This document shows, piece after piece, positions 1 through 9,774 of a DNA stretch of 64,000 nucleotides. This stretch comes from Ignavibacteria bacterium. GTDB taxonomy: Bacteria; Bacteroidota; Ignavibacteria; Kapaibacteriales; UBA961. The translations under genes and the position numbers were made by a program. The stretch spans positions 34,552 to 98,551 of the forward strand of contig CANLII010000005.1 of NCBI GenBank assembly GCA_947491315.1, given 5' to 3'. Under the pieces are notes generated by a model. That model did no database searches and had not been told where the DNA came from. It saw only the letters and a program-made list of their open reading frames with translations. Position 1 is the first letter of the stretch, and each line of letters begins with the position of its first letter.

Positions 1-373
1 TAATGAGTGCTTGAGGAAATTCTTCGGCAACTTCATGTATCATGGGAATTTTGAGTTCAGCCGCCACCGGCAAACAATCCATGATGATATCTGGTGGTAT
101 GGTGATATCCGAGATCGTTGAAACCACTTCATTTAAAAAAGGAATCAAATGTGGTGGCAATACCGGCAAATCAGACATGCTAAAGAGATGTGCATCATCA
201 AATGAGAGATAAATGCTGAAGGGAATCTCTCTGTCTCTTAATCTAATTGCCATTTCTGCGGAATGACGAGATCCGCCAAGCAGGAGAATGGATGTTCTTT
301 TATCTTCCAATGTATAAATCGCCATTGCTTCAATCACTCTATGGGGTAAATCTTTGGGTTCAAGTATGAACAA
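1..373 (-). CDS. Partial CDS, N-terminal ~124 codons only; the gene continues beyond the window start. Conserved hypothetical protein.
   Basis: Open reading frame on the minus strand with no stop codon before position 1. A candidate TTG start lies at 373..371, just after an in-frame TAA. The translation (…ILLLGGSRHSAEMAIRL…IPMIHEVAEEFPQALI…) was done by hand and I do not recognise the family. Confidence 0.3.
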   Translation of the reverse strand, partial: MFILEPKDLPHRVIEAMAIYTLEDKRTSILLLGGSRHSAEMAIRLRDREIPFSIYLSFDDAHLFSMSDLPVLPPHLIPFLNEVVSTISDITIPPDIIMDCLPVAAELKIPMIHEVAEEFPQALI

Positions 374-415
374 AATACGGTAATTTTAAGCGCCTTCCAA
401 AGTGGAGGTCATGCT

Positions 416-1309
416 TTGTTTCTTCAATTGAGTTTCTTCATGAGCACGCTTGCAAAACGCATCATTATGGGTCTGATCGGGATCCCCTTCATGATTTGGA
501 TGGTCATTCTTGGTTCTCCTTATTTTACCGTCTTTTTTGCCATCGTTGCCGTGCTTGCATTAAGAGAATTATATATGCTTCTCTCTGCAAAGGGATTTGC
601 TCCGCATCCAATGATTGGTATGATTACGGGATTTGTGTGGATGCTATTATTAGACTTTGCCGGCGAACATTCAGCATTTCTCTTATTGCTTGTTTTGTCA
701 CTTGCCGGATTATCAACCCTTTCCCTTGAACTTGTCAATTCCTATGAAGAAAAACATGCTTCACCGGCAGGTTCTGTGGTGTCCACTCTTGGTGCTATTA
801 TATATGTGCCTGTGATGCTCTCCAATGTGATTGCTTTGCGAGAATTTGAAGTGCAAGGATATATCGCACCGTATTTCGCACAAATGAGCATGGAGGCTGG
901 TTCAGCATTGGTAATCTTGCTCTTTATCGGTGTTTGGGCAGGTGATACATTTGCCTATTTTGGTGGTATGGCATTTGGGAAAAGACCACTCATGTCACAT
1001 ATCAGTCCGAAAAAAACCATTGAAGGGGCAATCATCGGATTGTTGGGAACAATACTTACAATGATGGCCGGAACATATTTTCTCATGCCGACATTTCCAT
1101 TGTGGCTCATGCTTATTGGCTCAATCTTACTTGGTCTTTTTGCTCCAATCGGAGATTTGGTGGAATCTATGATCAAAAGAGATGCGCATGTGAAAGACAG
1201 TTCGGAGCTTATTCCGGGACATGGTGGAGTATTCGATAGATTTGACAGCATGCTATTTGCTGCACCGATCTTTTATGGGTTTATTAAGATTGTTTCAATG
1301 TGGATGTAA
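416..1309 (+). CDS. cdsA: Phosphatidate cytidylyltransferase (CDP-diglyceride synthase)
   Basis: 297 aa polytopic membrane protein with the CdsA signature region (…GKRPLMSHISPKKTIEGAIIGLLG…GDLVESMIKRD…). Confidence 0.85.
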   Translation: MFLQLSFFMSTLAKRIIMGLIGIPFMIWMVILGSPYFTVFFAIVAVLALRELYMLLSAKGFAPHPMIGMITGFVWMLLLDFAGEHSAFLLLLVLSLAGLSTLSLELVNSYEEKHASPAGSVVSTLGAIIYVPVMLSNVIALREFEVQGYIAPYFAQMSMEAGSALVILLFIGVWAGDTFAYFGGMAFGKRPLMSHISPKKTIEGAIIGLLGTILTMMAGTYFLMPTFPLWLMLIGSILLGLFAPIGDLVESMIKRDAHVKDSSELIPGHGGVFDRFDSMLFAAPIFYGFIKIVSMWM

Positions 1310-2095
1310 TCAACTGCTTGCGCCATTATATCGTTTGAGTGCAAAAGAAAAGAATCTCACTGATACAGTTGCCATGATTATTGTCATAACAACCATAATC
1401 ACGAACATTTCCACGGAAGCAGTATTGAAGAGCATGGAAGAGGGAACGGATGCAATCAAAGAAAGAGGGAAAATCGTGATGAATATTCGGCGCATTGCGG
1501 AATTATAAATGCCATCGGGCCTCATGGCGATTTGATACAATGCATAAAAGATGCTTTGCACTCCAGAGGCATTCACAAAAAAGAAGGACATATTTCCGAC
1601 GATTGTTTCGAGGGAAAACAAAATGATAGAACCACAAATCAGACCCACAAGCCAACCAATCCATTGAAATGCAGAAATCGACTGATCATGCATCAATAAT
1701 CCCATGATGAAAATGATGATGCTTACCCCAACATTCACCATCGATGCTGTATTGATGAATCGGAAATAAATCAAGAATAATGGCGATACGGGTTTTAGAA
1801 GAAAGAAATCTAATTCACCTGTATTTACATGTCTTGGGAAATGCCAGAAATTTGAAGCAACCAGCATCATATTGAAAGAATCAACGATGAATAAGGTCCC
1901 TAAAAACAAATATGCCTCGCTCCTGGAAAGTCCAGCAAATGACGGGGTATACATGAACATCACTTCAAAAAATCCGATTTGAACGGCGCACCAAATAATG
2001 TCAACCATCACTTGAAGGGCAAAATGCAAGCGGAATTCCATATCTCGCGAGAGACAATTTTTGAAGAGTGTGATCCATAGTCGAAAGAGATGCAT
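1310..2095 (-). CDS. Polytopic membrane protein, ABC-2-family permease-like
   Basis: 261 aa with about 6 predicted TM helices and a G-x-LD-x-x-L-x-KP-like motif (NTGELDFFLLKPVSP) as seen in ABC-2 type permeases. No ATPase partner lies adjacent. Confidence 0.4.
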   Translation of the reverse strand: MHLFRLWITLFKNCLSRDMEFRLHFALQVMVDIIWCAVQIGFFEVMFMYTPSFAGLSRSEAYLFLGTLFIVDSFNMMLVASNFWHFPRHVNTGELDFFLLKPVSPLFLIYFRFINTASMVNVGVSIIIFIMGLLMHDQSISAFQWIGWLVGLICGSIILFSLETIVGNMSFFFVNASGVQSIFYALYQIAMRPDGIYNSAMRRIFITIFPLSLIASVPSSMLFNTASVEMFVIMVVMTIIMATVSVRFFSFALKRYNGASS

Positions 2096-2096
2096 G

Positions 2097-2969
2097 TCAG
2101 CGAATGTCCGGAATGAATTCCTTCATGGCCACATACAATTCCCATGTGGCTTTTACATCACGAAGACAATATTCCGATATGATGTCATACTTGCCTGCTG
2201 CATATAATTCACCGACTTTCGAGCCATCCACTCCGGCTTCTTTTGGAGATTGCACGCCAAATGCTTTAGCCACAAAATCAAAATTATATCTTCGAGTTGC
2301 ACCAGATTGCTGAGGATTGAAGAAGCATAATTCATCGAGCAAATCTGTATGTGAATCACGATAATTGAACCTGGTGCCTTGCATGAGATTGAATGGTGGT
2401 TTCACTTTGAGTAGTGCTGATCGAAGCATCACAAATGGGGCGTCAAATCCACGACCATTGAATGTGATCAAATGCGGTGATGGATAGATTGTGAGCAATT
2501 TCCAGAAATTTTCTAGCAATTTTACTTCACTGCAGAGCACCATTTTATGTCCGGATGGCAAATCCTCGGTTTTCATTTCACCTTCAGGCATGGCCGGATC
2601 TGTCATAAATGCACCACTTCTTACTTCCGTCCAGCCATCTTCTGCTTTTTGCATGACTTTTAATCCAAGCGTTATGATTTGGCCAGTTAAGGGCGAAAGT
2701 GCCATTTCATTAATTTTCTTCTCACGCAATTCATCCGTACTTGCCCCGCGGAGAAGATAGTCTTGTCTTGCTTCATCGAAAGAATCAATGGGCATGCCCG
2801 CTGTCTCGATATCATAAACGATATAGGTTTTTCCACTCATGTCTAACTCCTGAAATGATTGGCAAAGATACGCAAAATGATACATCTCATTTCTCGCAAG
2901 TTTGTCCGAAAGGGGTACATTGTATATAAAGTTACAAAACATCGATTCCGTATATTTGCAGTGCAGCAT
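2097..2969 (-). CDS. RNase H-like 3'-5' exonuclease (DnaQ / PolB-exonuclease-like fold)
   Basis: YIVYDIETAGMP matches the DxE Exo-I motif, followed by downstream acidic motifs. There is a 1 nt gap to the downstream permease gene on the same strand. Confidence 0.55.
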   Translation of the reverse strand: MLHCKYTESMFCNFIYNVPLSDKLARNEMYHFAYLCQSFQELDMSGKTYIVYDIETAGMPIDSFDEARQDYLLRGASTDELREKKINEMALSPLTGQIITLGLKVMQKAEDGWTEVRSGAFMTDPAMPEGEMKTEDLPSGHKMVLCSEVKLLENFWKLLTIYPSPHLITFNGRGFDAPFVMLRSALLKVKPPFNLMQGTRFNYRDSHTDLLDELCFFNPQQSGATRRYNFDFVAKAFGVQSPKEAGVDGSKVGELYAAGKYDIISEYCLRDVKATWELYVAMKEFIPDIR

Positions 2970-2986
2970 ATTTCCGGCTTTAATTC

Positions 2987-5182
2987 ATGAGCGCTAGGCA
3001 AAGTCAAAACCGACAATCTCGCGGAGAGGATGATCAGCAAATTTCCATGGAATTTGTCTTCCCTCCAGATAGACTCAAATTCATGTTTGGTTTTTTTCTC
3101 TTTTTATTCTCAATTGCATTGATTCGCATATTCTATGTGCAGGTGATCAAGGCGGGTGAAATCATGGAGGGGAAGAGAAAACAGCATATGGTGCCCGTGA
3201 CTTTGCAAGCACAAAGAGGGGAGATTCTTGATAGAAATGGCAGAGTGATCGTAGCGAATGTAAAGGCAATGACCTATGCAGTTGATATCACAAAAGTTGT
3301 AAACAAAATAGGAATTGCAACCGCACTTTCCCTGGCAATTGGTGAATCCATCGAGTATTGGATGGATAAGATCAATCACGGAGTGAAGGAATTCTCTTAT
3401 TTGGCAAGGGATGTGACGGCCCGACATATCATGCTTGATACAATTCGTGATCCGGGTTTCATCAAGATTCCAACCTATCGCAGAAGTTATGTATTCGGCT
3501 CGGGAGCCGCTCAAATAGTGGGTTTTACGGATCCTGACAAAAAAGGTACTGCCGGCATTGAACTGATGCTAGATTCATTGTTCAGAGGAATCAATGGCAG
3601 AACTTTCATGAGAAGAGATGCTGTAAATAATTTGTATTATTCTCATGAAATTCCGGTACAAGAACCTCGTACGGGAAATGCAGTTCAATTGACTTTGGAC
3701 ATTGAACTTCAGAGAATTGCCGAATATGAATTGGCTGAAGGTGTCAATTCTTCACAAGCGGAAGGTGGAACCGTGATTGCTCTGGAACCTTCAACTGGTG
3801 AGGTGCTCGCGATTGCTTCATGGCCAACATATAATCCGACCAATCCTCAGAATGCCATTTCGGATGCCAAGCGGATTCATGGTATCACCGATATGTATGA
3901 GCCAGGTTCTACCTTTAAACTAGTTACGGCAGGTGCTGCATTGGAAGAGGGTATAATCAATCCTGATTCATGGGTACATGGAATGAATGGCACGCTACGA
4001 GTCGGTGATTATGAAATCAAGGATTCGCATCCAATCGGGAAGGTTCGATTCACGGAGGCATTAGAGCAATCCAGTAATATCGTATTCGCCAAATTATCCG
4101 AAAAGATAGATGATTTCAAGTTTTACAAGTATGCCAGAGATTTTGGATTCGGAATAGTATTGGGTATTGATTTCCCGGGTGAAGCTCCCGGCATTTTGAA
4201 AAGACCGAAACAATTCAGCAAGACAACTAAGAAATTCATGGCTTATGGTTATGAACTGGGTGCCACTGCACTGCAAATGGTCAATGCATTTTCTACTATA
4301 GCCAATGGCGGTGAGATGATGCGACCATTCATGGTAAAGAAAATCATCGGCCCCGATGAGAAAGTGATTTCAGAAACGAAGGTGCAAAGAATCAGATCCG
4401 TGCTTTCAAAAAAGACCGCAAAAACTCTTACATATATGCTCAAGCGCGTTGTTGAATATGGAACCGGTAAAGAGGCGAGAATTACAGGAATGCCAATTGC
4501 CGGTAAAACGGGAACGGCTCAGCAATTGGTGAATGGACAATATTCCAAGCAAGATTATACTGCTTCATTTGTAGGATATTTTCCTGCTGATGCGCCTAAG
4601 GTTGCGATGATAGTTATGCTCCATAAACCCAAATCCTCCATTTATGGCGGTTCTACATCTGCTCCGATTTTCAAAAAAATTGCACAAAAATGGATTACTG
4701 CATCTCGCATTCCGGTTGAAGACATTGAAAGGACTAATGCGGGGGCCAGACAAAGAGTGCAAGACTCAGCAATTGTTCCTGATTTGCGCGGACTCACTTA
4801 TGAACATGCACAAGAGATATTGCAACATATTGGTTTACGCATCAAGGGTGCTGATCATGGAACCATCATTTATCAATCAATTCCGGAAGGAATATGGTTG
4901 GAAAAAGGCAAGAGTATCATAGTAAGCACGCAAGATGCCATACTCAATAGAAAACAATCCAAGACATTCTCATTGAAAGACACAAGTGCAGTCATCAAGA
5001 AAGTACCCGGCAAACCTACCATACTCAAACCCTTGCCTGATGTACGCGGAATGAGCATTCGACGCGCATTGTCGGTTTTGCATGCTTCAGGGTATAAAGC
5101 TCGACTGACAGGAAAGGGGAAAGTGGTCTCACAAATGCGATCAAAAACAAATCCGAAGGAATGTATTCTTCAAGCCCAATGA
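2987..5182 (+). CDS. Class B penicillin-binding protein (peptidoglycan D,D-transpeptidase) with two C-terminal PASTA domains
   Basis: N-terminal TM helix and PBP dimerisation region. Transpeptidase motifs are present: STFK (SxxK), SSN and KTGT. Two about 65 aa PASTA-like repeats lie at the C-terminus (…VPDLRGLTYEHAQEILQHIGL… and …LPDVRGMSIRRALSVLHASGY…). Confidence 0.85.
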   Translation: MSARQSQNRQSRGEDDQQISMEFVFPPDRLKFMFGFFLFLFSIALIRIFYVQVIKAGEIMEGKRKQHMVPVTLQAQRGEILDRNGRVIVANVKAMTYAVDITKVVNKIGIATALSLAIGESIEYWMDKINHGVKEFSYLARDVTARHIMLDTIRDPGFIKIPTYRRSYVFGSGAAQIVGFTDPDKKGTAGIELMLDSLFRGINGRTFMRRDAVNNLYYSHEIPVQEPRTGNAVQLTLDIELQRIAEYELAEGVNSSQAEGGTVIALEPSTGEVLAIASWPTYNPTNPQNAISDAKRIHGITDMYEPGSTFKLVTAGAALEEGIINPDSWVHGMNGTLRVGDYEIKDSHPIGKVRFTEALEQSSNIVFAKLSEKIDDFKFYKYARDFGFGIVLGIDFPGEAPGILKRPKQFSKTTKKFMAYGYELGATALQMVNAFSTIANGGEMMRPFMVKKIIGPDEKVISETKVQRIRSVLSKKTAKTLTYMLKRVVEYGTGKEARITGMPIAGKTGTAQQLVNGQYSKQDYTASFVGYFPADAPKVAMIVMLHKPKSSIYGGSTSAPIFKKIAQKWITASRIPVEDIERTNAGARQRVQDSAIVPDLRGLTYEHAQEILQHIGLRIKGADHGTIIYQSIPEGIWLEKGKSIIVSTQDAILNRKQSKTFSLKDTSAVIKKVPGKPTILKPLPDVRGMSIRRALSVLHASGYKARLTGKGKVVSQMRSKTNPKECILQAQ

Positions 5183-6112
5183 TCAACCGCGGGGATGATA
5201 GGTCTTATGCACCTGTCGAATGAATTCGCGGTCAATATGCGTATAAATTTGCGTGGAGCTTATATCTGAATGACCCAACATTTCTTGCAATGCACGAAGA
5301 TCCGCGCCTCCCTCAAGCAAATGTGTTGCAAAAGAATGCCTGAATGTATGTGGATGCACATGCTTTTTTATACCTGCATCCATCGTGGCTTTGCTGACGA
5401 TATTCCAAACGCTCATTCTTGAGATTCCCGTTCCTCTTTGATTCAAGAAGAGAATGTCATTTGTCGAAACTCTGGATTTCATGAAATGGGGTCTGACTTC
5501 CACTTGATATGTTGCAACCCATTCCAATGCAGAACTTCCAATTGGTACAATTCGTTCTTTGGAACCCTTTCCAAACACACGAATCACTTCTTGCTCCAAA
5601 AGCATGTCTCTTTGTTTGATTCCGCATAATTCAGAAACACGAAGACCACATGCATATAGCAATTCAAGCATGGCTTTATCTCGAATACCTGCTTTTGTTG
5701 TGATGTCGGGTTGCTCCAAAATGGCAAGCATTTCATCAATGGAAAGTGTATCCGGTAAACTTCTTCGCGACTTGGGTAATTCAGCTTTTTCAGTGATATC
5801 AGTGTCGATGACTTTATTAGAAAACAAAAAAGAGAAAAATCCGCGAAGTGAAGACAATGTTCTTGTGCGAGATGATAATGCCAAGCCCAATTCTTCGAGC
5901 ATCAATAGGAAAGAATGAATATGTTGAATTTCAATAAATGCATATTTCTCCATTCCCTGATGAACAATAAAGGTGCTAAATCTCTCGATGTCAAACATAT
6001 ATGCCGAAACAGTATTCTCGCTCACCCCTTTTTCCAGAACGAGAAATCTCTTATATGATTGCATCTCTCTCTTCAGTGAAAGAGGAAGCTGTGCGGATGA
6101 TTCATCCATCAA
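5183..6112 (-). CDS. Tyrosine site-specific recombinase, XerC/XerD family
   Basis: Catalytic C-terminus HPHTFRHSFATHLLEGGADLRALQEMLGHSDISSTQIYTH with conserved R…HxxR…Y. N-terminal SAM-like core-binding domain. Length 309 aa. Confidence 0.8.
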   Translation of the reverse strand: MMDESSAQLPLSLKREMQSYKRFLVLEKGVSENTVSAYMFDIERFSTFIVHQGMEKYAFIEIQHIHSFLLMLEELGLALSSRTRTLSSLRGFFSFLFSNKVIDTDITEKAELPKSRRSLPDTLSIDEMLAILEQPDITTKAGIRDKAMLELLYACGLRVSELCGIKQRDMLLEQEVIRVFGKGSKERIVPIGSSALEWVATYQVEVRPHFMKSRVSTNDILFLNQRGTGISRMSVWNIVSKATMDAGIKKHVHPHTFRHSFATHLLEGGADLRALQEMLGHSDISSTQIYTHIDREFIRQVHKTYHPRG

Positions 6113-6118
6113 TATCTA

Positions 6119-7591
<1,473 letters not shown>

Positions 7592-7749
7592 TTACCGGAT
7601 GGAGTGGAACATCGTGAGCGCGAAGAACTATCGCAACTCTATCCTCTTGTAATTTACGGAATATCCCCTAATTTCGAAGTTTCGGAATGAACGATTCTTG
7701 TGAAATTTTCGTTATCATACAGTTCTTACTTTTCAAATTTGGCAAAAAC

Positions 7750-8199
7750 ATGAATGATATACAGTCTTTGTATCAGCAAATGATACTGGATCACAATAAG
7801 AATCCTCGGAATTTTGGGGGATTGGATGATCCCACTCATTGCGCTGAAGGACATAATCCTCTATGCGGTGATGAAGTCATGATTTTCATGAAAATCAATG
7901 ATGGCATCATTGAAGATATCACCTTCAAAGGTTCGGGATGTGCCATAGCAACTTCCTCTGCCTCTATTATGACTACGGTTTTGAAAGGGAGAACAGTGCA
8001 CGAAGCAGAGGAATTCTTCAAGCAATTTCATGGTATTTTCACAGCTTCAATGGATGAAATTATTGAAACTGATGATCTTGGTAAAATGGCTGTATTCACC
8101 GGCGTCCGAGAATTCCCCGCCCGTGTGAAATGCGCTTCATTGGCTTGGCACACGATGAATAATGCAATGCATGGCCAAACAAATGTCAGCACCGAATAA
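7750..8199 (+). CDS. SufU/IscU-type Fe-S cluster assembly scaffold / sulfur-transfer protein
   Basis: Conserved Cys ligands (…NPLCGDEV…, …GSGCAIATSS…, …KCASLAW…). Start moved to the ATG at 7750 (MNDIQSLYQQ…) rather than the upstream in-frame ATG at 7687. Confidence 0.7.
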   Translation: MNDIQSLYQQMILDHNKNPRNFGGLDDPTHCAEGHNPLCGDEVMIFMKINDGIIEDITFKGSGCAIATSSASIMTTVLKGRTVHEAEEFFKQFHGIFTASMDEIIETDDLGKMAVFTGVREFPARVKCASLAWHTMNNAMHGQTNVSTE

Positions 8200-8224
8200 T
8201 ATAGTATCCACATAATCTCATTAT

Positions 8225-8611
8225 ATGAAACAATTTGTCTCTCTCAAACTTGATGATAATGAAAATCATCAAGAACCAAAACAAGAAGTCATGCCGGATT
8301 CTGATGTTCCCGTTGTGGATCGCATCATTGCGGCAATCAAAACAGTCTATGATCCAGAAATTCCTGTAGATATATTTGCTCTTGGTTTGATCTATTCCGT
8401 TCGTTTCCATGAAGACATAAAAAAGGCGGAAGTGATCATGACTTTGACATCACCTGGATGTTTTGCAGCCGGACTAATACCCGGTCAAGTTGAACAAAAA
8501 GTCTTGGAAGTGCCTGAAGTTCAAACAGTCAATGTGGAACTTACTTTTGATCCACCATGGGATAAATCCATGATGAGCGAAGCCGCAAAATTGGAATTGG
8601 GCTTTTGGTGA
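8225..8611 (+). CDS. DUF59 (MIP18 / SufT / PaaD-like) Fe-S assembly protein
   Basis: …VYDPEIPVDIFALGLIY… is the DUF59 signature, plus a conserved Cys (SPGC). 128 aa. Confidence 0.65.
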   Translation: MKQFVSLKLDDNENHQEPKQEVMPDSDVPVVDRIIAAIKTVYDPEIPVDIFALGLIYSVRFHEDIKKAEVIMTLTSPGCFAAGLIPGQVEQKVLEVPEVQTVNVELTFDPPWDKSMMSEAAKLELGFW

Positions 8612-8650
8612 TGAGTATTTGAATTGACATTATTTACCATTGGAATTTTC

Positions 8651-9694
8651 ATGTTCAGGAATCTTATAGTATCTGCAATCAAAAGATTGACCCCACAGTC
8701 CATTGCCATTTCATTCGCAATCCCTGAGGAGTTGCAGGAGGAATTTGCGTATATATCCGGACAATACATTACCGTGAAGGTCGAAGTATCCGGACAAAAA
8801 GCAAATCGGGCTTATTCCTTATGCTCATCTCCTTTTTCAGGTGAGCCCCTCACCATTGGTGTGAAGCAAACTGAGGGTGGACTGGTTTCTACTTATTTAA
8901 ACAATGATTTGAATATCGGAGATACTCTTCAAATCATGAAGCCGATGGGTAATTTTACATTGAAGGTAAATTCCGATACTTCAAGACATATCGTATTGAT
9001 TGGTGGTGGAAGTGGTATCACGCCGCTTTTGTCAATTGCGAAAAGTGTATTGCTGAAGGAACCTATTTCAACTGTCACTTTACTCTATGGTAATCGTGAT
9101 CAAGCATCCATCATGTTTTCTAGCGAATTGAATGAGCTTCAGTCTCAATATCCTGCTTTGAAAGTGAAGCATGTTCTCGAACATGGACCTGAAGAGTTAA
9201 AAGGAGTGCTCAGCATTGAAATGCTTGAAGAATTACTCAGCCCATTTGTTTCTGATAATCATGCTGAATATTATATCTGTGGTCCCGCACCCGTGATGTC
9301 CAATGCAGAGTCGGTGCTTACGGCACATAATATTCCTTCCGGGCGCATTCATAGAGAATTTTTCACGGCTCCGATATCGGTTGAAGAAGATGTCGAAGCA
9401 CAAGAAGAAGTAATGGAAGAAAAACAGATTTCCGTGAAATTGTATGGTCGCTCCTTTGATATCACTGTCAATCCCGGCGAGACCATATTAGAAGCCGGCA
9501 TCAGACAACAACTTGATCCGCCATATGCATGTCAGATTGCCGCATGCTGTACATGCAGAGCGAAACTTCGTACGGGTAAAGTGCACATGGACAGCAGAGA
9601 AGCATTGACTGATGATGAAATGGAAGAAGGATATATCCTTACTTGTCAGGCACATCCTTTGACCGATGATGTGCTTGTAGATTTTGATGGTTGA
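8651..9694 (+). CDS. Ferredoxin-NAD(P) reductase-type oxidoreductase with C-terminal plant-type [2Fe-2S] ferredoxin domain (PaaE / phthalate dioxygenase reductase-like)
   Basis: FAD-binding RxYS motif (RAYSLCS), NAD-binding GGGSGITP, and a C-terminal C-x4-C-x2-C…C cluster motif (CQIAACCTC…ILTCQA). Start chosen at the internal ATG (MFRNLIVSAIKRL…). Confidence 0.7.
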   Translation: MFRNLIVSAIKRLTPQSIAISFAIPEELQEEFAYISGQYITVKVEVSGQKANRAYSLCSSPFSGEPLTIGVKQTEGGLVSTYLNNDLNIGDTLQIMKPMGNFTLKVNSDTSRHIVLIGGGSGITPLLSIAKSVLLKEPISTVTLLYGNRDQASIMFSSELNELQSQYPALKVKHVLEHGPEELKGVLSIEMLEELLSPFVSDNHAEYYICGPAPVMSNAESVLTAHNIPSGRIHREFFTAPISVEEDVEAQEEVMEEKQISVKLYGRSFDITVNPGETILEAGIRQQLDPPYACQIAACCTCRAKLRTGKVHMDSREALTDDEMEEGYILTCQAHPLTDDVLVDFDG

Positions 9695-9718
9695 TATCTT
9701 CATGTTTGATGAATCCCT

Positions 9719-9752
9719 GAGCATGACTATTTTTGTGTCATGCTCTTTTTTT
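9719..9752 (+). terminator. Rho-independent terminator downstream of the reductase gene
   Basis: Stem GAGCATGAC / GTCATGCTC (9 bp) with loop TATTTTTGT, followed by TTTTTTT. Confidence 0.55.
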
Positions 9753-9774
9753 ATGCAATAAATCTCCCAATGTC

